64,000 bases of DNA from an uncultured Candidatus Saccharibacteria bacterium (GTDB taxonomy: Bacteria; Patescibacteriota; Minisyncoccia; UBA6257; 1-14-0-10-44-23). Shown here piece by piece: positions 28,674 to 38,558 of the stretch. The notes beneath the pieces were generated by a model that was not told the origin of the DNA, did not search any database, and saw only the letters and a program-made list of their open reading frames with translations. Made by a program: the position numbers and the translations under genes. The first letter of the stretch is position 1. Each line of letters starts with the position of its first letter. The DNA lies in the NCBI GenBank assembly GCA_964549935.1, contig CAZJVT010000002.1:191066-255065 (forward strand), given 5' to 3'.

Positions 28674-29534
28674 TTATTCTTCGCTCTCCCTAATACGAAC
28701 CGAAAACTTAGGGTCATCGGCGTACTTCTCCGCCCGAGCATTGATTCGATACTTATCGCGCATCTCAGCAAGCGGTAGCGAGGAATCGATAAGGCCGATC
28801 TTTTGTGCAAGCTCGTCCGAATAAGCAGGCATGAGGACTTTAAAACTAAATGGAATGCGACCCGGCACGATCTCGTTGGCATGCGTGACGATATTAGTCG
28901 TGCAGGTGTTTGTCAGCGTGTTATAAAACTCCGGCTCGGTCGCCAGCTTGTTCGCGCGGCTGAGCATCGAGACAAAGAGCTTGCGCATATTCTCTTTCGT
29001 CGTCTTAACAGGATACAAAAATACCTGGTCCTTTCGGTAATTTGAGCGCAGTTTAATAACGTCATTCTCATCGGCAATGACATAGACTAACTCATACTGA
29101 CGTAGTAGTCCTTTAACCGCATCAAACATCTCCCCTTTCTCCTTGCGAATCTCAACCGAAATCGCCACGTACTGGTCGCCGGCGAAACCGAACGAGAGCA
29201 GCGTGTGCGCTGCGCCGGCACCGTGACCGGAAAACGGCTCCACCATAAACCAGACCGACTCCAGTTTATTTAAATCAAATGTTTTGTCGTAATAGCGAAC
29301 ATCGTAGTCGCTCGTCGTGCGGTACTTAATGTTGCGAATATTGGTAATCGCTACCTTATCGCCGTCAAAAGTCGCCCGAGCAAGCACCTGCTCATCATTG
29401 GTCCAGTCACGGTTGAGTGAAGGTCGTACAATCAGCGAAAAAACAAAATACAAAAAAGCGATGCCGAGAACCGGCAACCCTACCCATTTCCCCACCCAAC
29501 ACAAGAATCGATATAGTCTTCTAACTGCGGCCAT
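28674..29534 (-). CDS. Hypothetical membrane-anchored protein (DUF4105/Lnb-like?)
   Basis: 286 aa; N-terminal transmembrane helix; FSGHGAGAAHTLLSF segment; family assignment tentative. Confidence 0.4.
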   Translation of the reverse strand: MAAVRRLYRFLCWVGKWVGLPVLGIAFLYFVFSLIVRPSLNRDWTNDEQVLARATFDGDKVAITNIRNIKYRTTSDYDVRYYDKTFDLNKLESVWFMVEPFSGHGAGAAHTLLSFGFAGDQYVAISVEIRKEKGEMFDAVKGLLRQYELVYVIADENDVIKLRSNYRKDQVFLYPVKTTKENMRKLFVSMLSRANKLATEPEFYNTLTNTCTTNIVTHANEIVPGRIPFSFKVLMPAYSDELAQKIGLIDSSLPLAEMRDKYRINARAEKYADDPKFSVRIRESEE

Positions 29535-29567
29535 TTAGTAACGATACCACAAGGTTTCCCGCTTGAC

Positions 29568-29585
29568 ATACCCCCAGGGGGGTAT
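29568..29585. promoter_or_regulatory. CsoR-type operator palindrome ATACCCCCAGGGGGGTAT within the csoR promoter
   Basis: GC-rich palindrome flanked by TTGACA (29564..29569) and TATACT (29585..29590), 12 bp upstream of the csoR start codon. Confidence 0.6.
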
Positions 29586-29596
29586 ATACTCCGGAT

Positions 29597-29860
29597 ATGA
29601 CTATTCAAAAACAAAAATTGATTCGCCGACTAAAAATCGTCGAGGGCCAGATCCGTGGGTTACAGAAAATGATTTCTGAAGACAAGTACTGCATAGACGT
29701 TATTACCCAAACCTCTGCCGTGAAACAGGCGCTTTCCAACATCGAAGACGCCCTCATGGAAAGCCACCTCGGCCACTGCGCTATCAACCAAATTAAAAGC
29801 GGACAAACAGACAAAGCTGTCCGTGAAATTCTGAAAGTTTATACTTTAAAACGTAAATAA
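29597..29860 (+). CDS. csoR: CsoR/RcnR-family copper-sensing transcriptional repressor
   Basis: 87 aa; the metal-ligand pattern ..YC..H..HC.. (YCIDVITQ, HLGHC) is typical of the DUF156/CsoR family. Confidence 0.8.
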   Translation: MTIQKQKLIRRLKIVEGQIRGLQKMISEDKYCIDVITQTSAVKQALSNIEDALMESHLGHCAINQIKSGQTDKAVREILKVYTLKRK

Positions 29861-29915
29861 TTAATTTGATGACGGTCAAATTATCCTGAGTCACCAGACG
29901 AAGGATCTACCTACT

Positions 29916-32228
29916 ATGAATCACGACCAAACTTTTGATATCAAAGGAATGCATTGTGCGTCGTGCTCTGCCATTATCGAAAAAACGCTCAAGAAACAAC
30001 CCGGCGTTATTTCTGCGCAGGCAAATTACGGCACCGAAAAGGCAAAGGTTTCGTTTGACGACGGCAAGATAAGCGCAGAGCAGCTATCAAAGAGCGTTGA
30101 GCCACTCGGATACTCGCTCGTCATGCCGAAGATGCCAACGCCGGGCTCGGCGTCCTCAATGGGCATGTCGGAAGACGAGCACGCGGCACACCTCGGGCTC
30201 AACCAATCCAAAGATGAGAAGTTGCTCGAACTAAAGGCCGTAAAACGCAAAGTTCAGTCAGTTATCCCGCTGGCGGCCTTTAGTATTTTTATCATGGCCT
30301 GGGATGCGCTGGCGCAGTTCAAGGTGGTCCTCCCTCCCCCGGAGATATGGGAAACCTTTTTCCACCATCTGCTACCAATCTTCGCAACCTATACCCTCTT
30401 TGTCGTAGGCACCCCCTACCTGATGGGTGTTTACCGCTTCCTCCGTTACCGTAAAGCAAATATGGATACCTTGATTGGTATCGGCACGCTGGCCGCCTTT
30501 CTGTACAGCTTTGTTCTTACTGCCTTCGAGAATGCCCTACGCCCCTTCTTGGACGTGGGCCAGACTTATTACGACGTCGCCATCGTGGTCATCGCGTTTA
30601 TTACGCTCGGTAAATACCTGGAGATGCGATCGAAAATTAAAACCGGAGATGCTATAGAAAAACTCTTAAACCTTCAGGCCAAAACGGCTCTCGTTATCCG
30701 CGACGGGCACGAAATCGAATTACCTATCGGCGCAGTCAAGCACGGCGACCTGCTGATAGTTAAATCCGGCACAAAAATCCCGGTTGATGGCGTCATCACA
30801 GAAGGCTCCTCGTTTGTCGACGAATCAATGATGACCGGCGAGCCAATGCCGGTTGAGAAGAAATCCGGCGATTCAGTCGTGGCTGGCACACTCAACACCT
30901 CCGGAAGCTTTACGTTTAAGGCAACGAAGGTCGGCTCCGAGACTCTCCTCTCGCACATCATCAAAATGGTGGAGGAGGCCCAAAGCAGCAAAGCACCGAT
31001 TCAGGCGCTTGCCGACAAAATCTCGGCTATCTTCGTACCCATCGTTATCGCTATCGCCTTTTTAACCCTCATACTCTGGATTATTATCGGCAGCCAGTCG
31101 TTCGGCTTTGCTCAAGCACTCTCCTACGGGCTGACCTCATTCGTTGGAATTCTCGTCATTGCCTGTCCCTGCGCTCTTGGCTTAGCAACACCAACAGCGA
31201 TTATCGTCGGCGTCGGTAAAGGCGCGCGAGAAGGTATCCTTATTAAGGATGCGGCGACGCTGCAGGAACTCCACAAAGTAACTGTACTCGTCGTCGACAA
31301 AACCGGCACGATTACCAAGGGCAAACCGGAACTCACCGCGCTTGAACCACTTGGTGATCTTTCTGAAGAAAAAATACTCGCTCTCCTTGCGGCGCTGGAA
31401 AGTCGCTCTGAACACCCGATTGCCCACGCCATCCTCTCTGCTGCTAAAGCACGCGGTATTGCATCAGCAAGTGTAGAAAACTTTGAAATGCTCAAAGGCA
31501 AAGGCGTGAAGGCAACGATTGGAGGTGTCGAGTACTTCGCTGGCAATGCACTCCTCATAAAAGAACTTGGGCTTACCTTTACTACCACCTCGCTCGATCG
31601 CGGCGCTAAAGAGGGCAAAACGCCTATCATCCTCGCAACTGCAAAGCAGGTTATTGGAGTAGCTCTCGTGAGCGATGCAATTAAGCCGGAGGCCAAAGAG
31701 GCGGTCGCCAAACTCCACAAGCTTGGCGTTAAGGTTATTATGGCCACTGGTGATAACGACGATACCGCCCGCTTTATTGCCAAGCAGGTTGGGATTGATG
31801 AGGTTATCGCGCATGCTCTGCCACAAGATAAGTTGGCTAAGATTAAAGAGCTCCAAAGTCAGGGTTTTGTCGTGGCTATGGCCGGTGACGGCGTCAACGA
31901 CGCTCCGGCGCTTGCGCAGGCCAATGTGGGCATTGCAATGGCAACCGGCACAGACGCGGCCATTGAGTCTGCGGGCATCACTCTGCTTAACGGCGATCTT
32001 TCTCGCCTCGCGAAAGCCATTCGGCTTTCGAAGCTGACGATGCGCGGTATAAAACAAAATCTTTTTTGGGCGTTTATTTATAACGTCGTCGGGATTCCTC
32101 TCGCCAGCGGCTTGTTTTTCCCCTTCTTCGGCTGGCTGCTCTCCCCTGTCTTTGCCGGCGCGGCGATGGCCTTCTCGAGCGTCTCAGTTGTCGCCAACTC
32201 ATTACGATTAAAAACTAAGAAATTATAG
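29916..32228 (+). CDS. copA: Copper-translocating P1B-type ATPase
   Basis: N-terminal HMA domain ([11 protein letters not shown]), CPC motif ([11 protein letters not shown]), DKTGTIT phosphorylation site, [10 protein letters not shown]; 770 aa. Confidence 0.9.
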   Translation: MNHDQTFDIKGMHCASCSAIIEKTLKKQPGVISAQANYGTEKAKVSFDDGKISAEQLSKSVEPLGYSLVMPKMPTPGSASSMGMSEDEHAAHLGLNQSKDEKLLELKAVKRKVQSVIPLAAFSIFIMAWDALAQFKVVLPPPEIWETFFHHLLPIFATYTLFVVGTPYLMGVYRFLRYRKANMDTLIGIGTLAAFLYSFVLTAFENALRPFLDVGQTYYDVAIVVIAFITLGKYLEMRSKIKTGDAIEKLLNLQAKTALVIRDGHEIELPIGAVKHGDLLIVKSGTKIPVDGVITEGSSFVDESMMTGEPMPVEKKSGDSVVAGTLNTSGSFTFKATKVGSETLLSHIIKMVEEAQSSKAPIQALADKISAIFVPIVIAIAFLTLILWIIIGSQSFGFAQALSYGLTSFVGILVIACPCALGLATPTAIIVGVGKGAREGILIKDAATLQELHKVTVLVVDKTGTITKGKPELTALEPLGDLSEEKILALLAALESRSEHPIAHAILSAAKARGIASASVENFEMLKGKGVKATIGGVEYFAGNALLIKELGLTFTTTSLDRGAKEGKTPIILATAKQVIGVALVSDAIKPEAKEAVAKLHKLGVKVIMATGDNDDTARFIAKQVGIDEVIAHALPQDKLAKIKELQSQGFVVAMAGDGVNDAPALAQANVGIAMATGTDAAIESAGITLLNGDLSRLAKAIRLSKLTMRGIKQNLFWAFIYNVVGIPLASGLFFPFFGWLLSPVFAGAAMAFSSVSVVANSLRLKTKKL

Positions 32229-32230
32229 TT

Positions 32231-33241
32231 ATGCAAACCTATACCTTCCATGTTCACGGTATGCATTGTAACGCGTGTGTACTGCTTACTGAAGAAAATT
32301 TAAAGGAGGCTCTCGGCGTCTCGGCAGTCAAAGCCAATCTTGCAAATCACACCGTCATCGTAACCGGAGAATTTACAGAACCAGCCGTAGAAATAGCTAA
32401 GCGGCTTTCGAAGTTGATGCCCGAGGGCTACTCTATCTCACTTGAAAAGCAAATCATCAAACCGAAGTGGCAGGAGTTTACCTATGCCCTGCCGATAGCA
32501 GTGGTGCTTATCGCCGGATTTTATTTCCTCCAAAAAGCTAATCTGGTCAACCTTATAGGTAGCGGCACCGTAAGTTACGGCACGGCGCTCCTGGTCGGCC
32601 TCATCGCCTCGGTATCGAGCTGCCTGGCAATTGTGGGTGGGCTCGTCCTCTCACTTTCCGCGAATTACGCCAAAGATGGTTCGCGCGTAAAACCGCAACT
32701 CCTTTTCCACATTGGGAGACTTGGCGGCTTCTTCGTCCTTGGTGGTCTGATCGGCCTCCTCGGTAAGTCTTTCGCGCTTGGAGCAACCGGTTCGGTCATT
32801 CTCGGCATCATCGTCGCCGTCGTGATGCTCATTCTCGGCATTAACCTACTCGATGTCTGGCACGGGGCCAAACGTCTTCAGCTTGCGATGCCTAAGGCCT
32901 TCACGCGCCGAGCCTTTGGCAGCAAGGCAACACAGGTATACGCCCCGCTCCTGCTCGGTCTTGCCACTTTCTTCCTCCCCTGTGGGTTCACCCAGTCAAT
33001 GCAGGTGTATACGCTTTCGACAGGAGGCTTCCTCGCCGGCGGACTGACAATGCTCGTCTTCGCACTTGGCACACTACCGATGCTCGCCCTGCTTTCATTC
33101 AGCTCGATGAATATTATGCAAAAGTCCTGGAATGGCGTCTTCTTTAAAACTGCCGGCCTTATCGTCATCGCCCTCGCAGTGTTTAATCTGATTAACTCAT
33201 TAGTGGTTGCCGGCATTATCGATCCCGTGTTTAACTTTTAA
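32231..33241 (+). CDS. HMA-domain fusion to a multi-pass permease (TauE/SafE- or CcdA-like)
   Basis: N-terminal HVHGMHCNACV HMA domain followed by about 6-7 transmembrane helices; 336 aa. Confidence 0.55.
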   Translation: MQTYTFHVHGMHCNACVLLTEENLKEALGVSAVKANLANHTVIVTGEFTEPAVEIAKRLSKLMPEGYSISLEKQIIKPKWQEFTYALPIAVVLIAGFYFLQKANLVNLIGSGTVSYGTALLVGLIASVSSCLAIVGGLVLSLSANYAKDGSRVKPQLLFHIGRLGGFFVLGGLIGLLGKSFALGATGSVILGIIVAVVMLILGINLLDVWHGAKRLQLAMPKAFTRRAFGSKATQVYAPLLLGLATFFLPCGFTQSMQVYTLSTGGFLAGGLTMLVFALGTLPMLALLSFSSMNIMQKSWNGVFFKTAGLIVIALAVFNLINSLVVAGIIDPVFNF

Positions 33242-33263
33242 CAGAGAACCTATTAATAATCTA

Positions 33264-33662
33264 AATATGGTTGATAAAAAAATTGGAGCCTCAATAATCA
33301 TCAGTGTCGCTATCATAGCTGGAGCGCTATTTCTCGCCGGTGGCAGCTCGCGCCAAGACGCCGGGGTTCAGGCGCAGCAAGCGACGATAGTAGACGGCAA
33401 ACAAATTGTCGACATCACCGCCCGCGGCGGCTACTCCCCTCGTCTTGTGAAAGCGAAGGCCGGCGTGCCGACCACGATTCGAGTAACAACTAAAGATACC
33501 TACGACTGTTCCGTCAGCCTCGTCATCCCGAAGTTAAGCTACAAGAAATTCCTCGGCCCAACCGGCACAGAAGAAATCGCAATTTCACCGGACCAAGCAA
33601 AAGGGACCTACAACGGCTTGTGCAGCATGGGAATGTATTCGTTTAAGGTAGTTTTTGAGTAA
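33264..33662 (+). CDS. Membrane-anchored cupredoxin-like protein
   Basis: signal/anchor then beta-rich domain ending GTYNGLCSMGMYSFKVVFE; last gene of the copper operon; start at MVDKK (ORF track starts at 33207). Confidence 0.45.
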   Translation, partial: NMVDKKIGASIIISVAIIAGALFLAGGSSRQDAGVQAQQATIVDGKQIVDITARGGYSPRLVKAKAGVPTTIRVTTKDTYDCSVSLVIPKLSYKKFLGPTGTEEIAISPDQAKGTYNGLCSMGMYSFKVVFE

Positions 33663-33672
33663 CCACACGGGA

Positions 33673-33915
33673 CTACTCTCCTTCCATCGCTTTAAGTTTG
33701 GTGTAATAATCCGGGATTTCTTTGAGATGAGCCCAGGCGATTTTGCCGGTCATCATCAAGTTGTCATTCGTGACATTGGTAACCGGATCTTTAAGCCCGT
33801 GTTCCAGCTCGACGGCAAGCCCCATTCGAAACTGCTCGATGTTAACGTCTGTCCACTTGATACCAAGTTGCTCGCCTATTTGCCGCGCTTCATCTAGCGT
33901 AAATTCTCTTTTCAT
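33673..33915 (-). CDS. Hypothetical small protein
   Basis: 80 aa, no recognisable motif. Confidence 0.4.
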   Translation of the reverse strand: MKREFTLDEARQIGEQLGIKWTDVNIEQFRMGLAVELEHGLKDPVTNVTNDNLMMTGKIAWAHLKEIPDYYTKLKAMEGE

Positions 33916-33972
33916 AGAGAGGACTTCGCCGCGCCCGACAGAGTGCCGGGCGCGGATTAACGACCTTTAAAA

Positions 33973-34251
33973 CTACTGCCCGTGCGACATCTTGTGCACC
34001 TTGTTCCAGAGCCAGCCAAACGCGCAACCCATTATGTAACCAATGATGCCGGTAATGATGAGTAACATCAGCGCTGAGCCGAAGTTAAACGGCATTACCT
34101 GGTACACCGGCGTAATCATATGCAGGTTGAAGATCCAGTCCATAAACGGCTGGGCAAGCCCGATGAGAATCATCACCGCCCAGGTCGCATGAAACAGAAT
34201 CATAAAACCAGAAAACACCAATCCCACCTTGTGTGGACGAATCGGAGTCAT
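33973..34251 (-). CDS. Hypothetical small membrane protein
   Basis: 92 aa with 2-3 transmembrane helices. Confidence 0.45.
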   Translation of the reverse strand: MTPIRPHKVGLVFSGFMILFHATWAVMILIGLAQPFMDWIFNLHMITPVYQVMPFNFGSALMLLIITGIIGYIMGCAFGWLWNKVHKMSHGQ

Positions 34252-34336
34252 GTAATTATATGAGAGAAATTAGTTCGACCTTTAGATCGAGGCCTCAACC
34301 AATCTAAGCACTTTCAGTATACTCCCGCTTTTACTG

Positions 34337-34654
34337 CTAGACAATTTGCAGCGAAACAGTGATTGTATCCCCGTTCATCACGCCCTCCTTTTTGCGTACG
34401 CTGGCTTTAATTGGCAGGATGTACGTTTCTGATTGTTTGTGCGGGAACATCGAGGTATCCCAACTGGTGCCGACTTGTCCTGAGCCCGGCCGAAGGATCG
34501 TCGCCCTCACCCGCACAGCGCCCCACCCCCTGCGTTCCTTACCCTGTTGCGCCTTTGCGACGAGCGCCGCCTCTTTTTTAGGCAACGAAACAAAATGCCA
34601 GGCGGCATCACCAGGATAGAGCCAAACTTTTGCTTTGAAACTTAGTTTTCGCAT
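34337..34654 (-). CDS. DUF1905-family protein
   Basis: KVWLYPGDAAWHFVSLPK is the characteristic N-terminus of DUF1905; 105 aa. Confidence 0.55.
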   Translation of the reverse strand: MRKLSFKAKVWLYPGDAAWHFVSLPKKEAALVAKAQQGKERRGWGAVRVRATILRPGSGQVGTSWDTSMFPHKQSETYILPIKASVRKKEGVMNGDTITVSLQIV

Positions 34655-35061
34655 TACGCCTTCATCTCCGCACGGTGCAGTCCAAAGAGGTTGCCGTCCA
34701 AGTCTTTGCAGTAGGCCATCTCGCCAACACCCGGAATTGCAAACTTTGGCAACGCAATCGTCGCGCCGGCGGCTACCGCCTTTTTTAAAGTCTCATCAAC
34801 GTCTGCAACTACCATCGTGCAAACAAAGCCGTTAACCGGCGCATCAGCCGCCGGCGCCGGACCGCGGCGCTTTACGAGCCCGCCGTTAATCCCGTCCGTT
34901 CCCTTTTCGCCGGTAATAATGCCCCAGTAAATCTCGGCCGGCTTGTCGCCCATTGCCGGAATCGGCCACTCGCTAAAGGTCCAGCCAAAGACTGCTTTAT
35001 AAAAGGCCATCGCGCGCTGCTCATCGGCAACGTGAATCTCGAAATGTGCAGGTCGGTTCAT
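34654..35061 (-). CDS. VOC/glyoxalase-family protein
   Basis: HFEIHVADEQRAMAFYKAVFGW..CKDLDGNLFGLH; 135 aa. Confidence 0.7.
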   Translation of the reverse strand: MNRPAHFEIHVADEQRAMAFYKAVFGWTFSEWPIPAMGDKPAEIYWGIITGEKGTDGINGGLVKRRGPAPAADAPVNGFVCTMVVADVDETLKKAVAAGATIALPKFAIPGVGEMAYCKDLDGNLFGLHRAEMKA

Positions 35062-35140
35062 AGTGTTTATAGGGTTAATTTCTTTTAGTATACACTAAAT
35101 GCCTTTGAGCGAGATCGGCTCCTTCCGCGCGGCCTCTTTC

Positions 35141-35968
35141 CTACGAAAAACCGAGCAGCTTCCCAAGACTATTCTTACCTTTTGCTTCGAGGAGCTCCTT
35201 GAGACGAGGGATTTCTTCCTGCATCAACGCTTCGCCGGTCAAAATTTTGTCTTGCCCATTCACGAAGTCATACCACTTGTTAGACCTTGAATCCAAATTG
35301 ACGACAATGTCAGCCTCTTTCGACTGATACAGAGCTAAGTAGTGACGCATGATATTCATAGAGTCATTCGCGATACCCACCAAGCCCGAACTCGAATCAT
35401 CATGAGCATTGTGATTATCAAGATTTACGGCAATAACAATATCTGCCCCCATCTTTCTCGCACTTCCCACTGGAACTGGCGCCCCAACTCCTCCGTCAAC
35501 TAAAAGTTTGCCGTCTATTTCGACCGGCTGAAAAACTAAGGGTAAAGAGATACTCGCTCGAATAGCACTTGCCATGTCCCCTTTATCCAAAACAACGACC
35601 TCGCCTGTTTTAATATCAATAGCAGTTGCAGAAAATGGGATTCGACAATCCTTAAAATCTGCTACTGCTAAGTTACTTTCAACAAAAGATTTTATCTTGT
35701 CTCCTTTCATAAACCCTTGCCCAACGCGAGGGTCGAGCAAAGCAAGCATATCTCTGCTGGTCATTTTCAAAACAATTTCTTCGATTTTTCCTATGGCGAG
35801 TCCGGATGCGTAAAGACCGCCGATTATCGCGCCGATACTCGAACCGGCGATATAGTCGATAGGAATGTTATTCTTTTCGAGCGCTTTAATAACGCCAATA
35901 TGAGCTAGCCCCCTAGCTGCTCCGCTGCCAAGAGCCAATCCAATTTTTGGCCGATCTCCTTTTCGCAT
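35141..35968 (-). CDS. Patatin-like phospholipase
   Basis: GSGAARG oxyanion motif, GSSIG nucleophile elbow, DGG catalytic Asp; 275 aa. Confidence 0.8.
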   Translation of the reverse strand: MRKGDRPKIGLALGSGAARGLAHIGVIKALEKNNIPIDYIAGSSIGAIIGGLYASGLAIGKIEEIVLKMTSRDMLALLDPRVGQGFMKGDKIKSFVESNLAVADFKDCRIPFSATAIDIKTGEVVVLDKGDMASAIRASISLPLVFQPVEIDGKLLVDGGVGAPVPVGSARKMGADIVIAVNLDNHNAHDDSSSGLVGIANDSMNIMRHYLALYQSKEADIVVNLDSRSNKWYDFVNGQDKILTGEALMQEEIPRLKELLEAKGKNSLGKLLGFS

Positions 35969-36009
35969 AAAGTGCTTTCAATCCGCTATGTCCCGAATCA
36001 AGTTAAAAT

Positions 36010-36099
36010 TGGCGGAGGCGGGAGGATTCGAACCTCCGGAACGGTTTCCCGTTCAACTTCTTAGCAGGAAGCTGCATTCGACCGCTCTGCCACGCCTCC
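36010..36099 (-). tRNA. tRNA-Ser (anticodon GCT), CCA encoded
   Basis: reverse complement GGAGGCGTGGCAGAGCGGTCGAATGCAGCTTCCTGCTAAGAAGTTGAACGGGAAACCGTTCCGGAGGTTCGAATCCTCCCGCCTCCGCCA; long variable arm; anticodon loop CTGCTAA. Confidence 0.8.
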
Positions 36100-36149
36100 G
36101 TGTAGAGCAAAGTAAGAATACTTGATTGTTCGCTTATGGTCAATCAATC

Positions 36150-36177
36150 AAAAATATATCATATATGATATATTTTT
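36150..36177. repeat. Perfect 28-bp AT-rich palindrome AAAAATATATCATATATGATATATTTTT (copy 1)
   Basis: about 50 bp upstream of tRNA-Ser and 165 bp upstream of the ABC exporter; near-identical copy at 53390..53418. Confidence 0.7.
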
Positions 36178-36341
36178 AGGCATTCAAAAAACCCGACTCC
36201 GCGAAAATCTGTAACTCTTCCCCTCTTCTGCCGGCTCTTGATTGATACCTACCGGACCCCTCTGGCACGAGAAGCAATAAACATTTATACTTGTTGAGCT
36301 TAAATTTTCTGCCCCTCTTCTAATAAATACTACTTCTAGCT

Positions 36342-37319
36342 ATGTCCAAACCAATCATCGAAATCAAAAATCTGAAGCAGTCCTTTGGCGAGGTCGCGGT
36401 TTTAGGCGGCATAAGCCTGTCGGTAGAAAAAGGCACAATGCTGGCCCTTCTCGGCCCAAACGGCGCCGGCAAAACGACGACTGTCCGCATCTTGAGTACG
36501 CTCTTGAAACCGGACTCCGGCGAGGTGCTAGTAAACGGTTTTGATGTCGTCAAACAAGCCAATGAGGTGCGCCACACTATTGGACTAACCGGTCAGTACG
36601 CTGCGCTCGACGAGCTGCTCTCCGGTCGCGAAAACTTAGAAATGATGGGACGACTCTACCACCTCGGGAAACAAAAAAGTGCCGAGCGCGCCGTCGAGCT
36701 CCTCACTCGTTTCGAACTTACTGACGCCGCGGACCGTTCTGTCAAAACCTACTCTGGTGGTATGCGCCGTCGACTCGACCTGGCGGTCAGTTTAATCGCT
36801 GCTCCCCCGGTTCTTTTCTTGGATGAGCCGACGACGGGGTTAGATCCGCGCAGCCGCCTGACGATGTGGGCAATTATTGATGAGCTGAAGAAAAAAGGCA
36901 CGACAATTCTTTTAACCACGCAGTACTTAGAAGAGGCCGACAAACTGGCGGACAAAATTGCCGTGCTCGACAAGGGCGCGATTATCGCCCTCGGCACCGC
37001 CAACGAATTAAAAGCGAAAGTAGGTAACGAGCGTACGGAGATTGTCATCAAAACTCTGGCGGACTTCCCTCGTGCGAAAAAGCTCTTTACTACCGAAGGC
37101 GTTATCCACGACGAGGCGCGCCGCAGTATCAGCATCCCTTCAGACGGCAGCGTCAGCTCCATCAAAAACATTTTAGATGTACTTAGCCGCGAAACTATCG
37201 AAATCGATACGATGTCTGTACACAAACCGACGCTCGACGACGTCTTCTTAGAACTCACGGGTCACGGCGCACAAGCACCCGAAGGCAGTGACGCGACTGA
37301 AAGTACTAAAACTCTCTAG
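36342..37319 (+). CDS. ABC transporter ATP-binding protein (ABC-2 / DrrA-like)
   Basis: Walker A GPNGAGKTT, signature YSGGMRRRL, Walker B LLFLDEPTTGLD; 325 aa. Confidence 0.85.
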   Translation: MSKPIIEIKNLKQSFGEVAVLGGISLSVEKGTMLALLGPNGAGKTTTVRILSTLLKPDSGEVLVNGFDVVKQANEVRHTIGLTGQYAALDELLSGRENLEMMGRLYHLGKQKSAERAVELLTRFELTDAADRSVKTYSGGMRRRLDLAVSLIAAPPVLFLDEPTTGLDPRSRLTMWAIIDELKKKGTTILLTTQYLEEADKLADKIAVLDKGAIIALGTANELKAKVGNERTEIVIKTLADFPRAKKLFTTEGVIHDEARRSISIPSDGSVSSIKNILDVLSRETIEIDTMSVHKPTLDDVFLELTGHGAQAPEGSDATESTKTL

Positions 37320-37322
37320 CTT

Positions 37323-38114
37323 ATGAATACTCCTACCACGCACTCAAACGTCTACTGGTTGCTCTCCGACACCTGGGTACTTATCCGCCGCAGCTTGAAG
37401 CACATTACCAAAAATCCGGACCAGCTTTTCGGCCTGACGATTCAGCCGATTATGTTTATGCTCCTCTTCCGTTACGTCTTTGGCGGTGCGATTCAAACCA
37501 GCGGCACCTCATACGTCAACTTCCTCGTCGCGGGTATTCTTATCCAAATGGCGGCCTTCGGCGCGCTGACCACCTCCCTCTCCGTCGCGACAGACATCCG
37601 CCGCGGCATCGTCGACCGTTTTAAGTCACTGCCAATCGCCAGCTTCGCCGTCGTCTTCGGCCACGTCGTCGGTGACCTGTTCCGCAACATACTCTCCGCG
37701 ATAGTGATGATCACCGTCGCCTTCTTTGTCGGCTTCCGCCCGGAGGCCTCGTTTACGGACTGGCTGCTTATCGTCGGCATCCTTATGCTCTTTACCTTCG
37801 CCTTTAGCTGGATAGCCGCTATTATGGGTCTTCTGGCTAAAAGCGTAGAGGCGGTGCAGTGGCTTGGCTTCCTCGTCGTCTTCCCGCTGACCTTTGCTAG
37901 TGCCGCCTTCGTACCAACCAGCACGATGCCGACGGTCTTACGCGTCTTCGCCGAAAACCAACCGGTTACTCAAGTTATCGAAGCCATCCGCGCGCTAATG
38001 GTCGGCACGCCAATTGGTAATTACGGACTCCTCGCCGCTCTCTGGTGTATTGGCATCATTATCGTGGCGATGCCGCTTGCCGCCTATATCTTCAAGAACC
38101 GCGTCGTGAAGTAG
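37323..38114 (+). CDS. ABC-2 family transporter permease
   Basis: 263 aa, 6 transmembrane helices, directly downstream of the ATPase. Confidence 0.75.
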   Translation: MNTPTTHSNVYWLLSDTWVLIRRSLKHITKNPDQLFGLTIQPIMFMLLFRYVFGGAIQTSGTSYVNFLVAGILIQMAAFGALTTSLSVATDIRRGIVDRFKSLPIASFAVVFGHVVGDLFRNILSAIVMITVAFFVGFRPEASFTDWLLIVGILMLFTFAFSWIAAIMGLLAKSVEAVQWLGFLVVFPLTFASAAFVPTSTMPTVLRVFAENQPVTQVIEAIRALMVGTPIGNYGLLAALWCIGIIIVAMPLAAYIFKNRVVK

Positions 38115-38187
38115 CAGCAAGTAAAAAAATATTATCTTAAAACCACCTCGCCCTCGGATCCGAAGACCCGAGGGCGAGAGTGCGGCG

Positions 38188-38451
38188 TCAGTTGCCGTTC
38201 CAGTTACGCGGAAATCGCTTCTTGACCCTTACGACCGAGACGCGCGTTCGTCCTCCTGGCAGCGTGCCCTTGGCGTCGAACTGCCGGATTCCCGCGGAAA
38301 CGGCCAGCGTAATGCCGGAGCGCTCGCCCACGAGGTCCACGATCAGACCGCCAGGCTTCACTCCTGCTTCGAGAGCGCCCCACCCTTCGCCGTAGCGACG
38401 AAGTTGCTCTGCTCCCTCTCTGGAGATGTACACCTTAGGCAGGTCTGTCAT
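38188..38451 (-). CDS. Hypothetical small protein (high-GC cassette B)
   Basis: 87 aa; about 62% GC; AGGAGG ribosome-binding site 5 nt upstream of the ATG; flanked by a GC-rich hairpin ctcgccctcgg..ccgagggcgag. Confidence 0.45.
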   Translation of the reverse strand: MTDLPKVYISREGAEQLRRYGEGWGALEAGVKPGGLIVDLVGERSGITLAVSAGIRQFDAKGTLPGGRTRVSVVRVKKRFPRNWNGN

Positions 38452-38558
38452 CGGCTCCTCCTGGTTTTGTGACGCATTGGCAGAATACTAAAATAAGCAG
38501 ACTGCGTCAATAAATTTGATATTTTATCGATTTTCTGGTATTTTTAGTACATTCTGAT

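Noticed and set aside
27737-28882. Full 381-aa reading of the metalloprotease ORF
   Set aside because: The first 71 codons (MPTRSCRVAFHLVLK..) are not protein-like and run into the upstream gene. The signal/anchor Met at 28669 is the plausible start.
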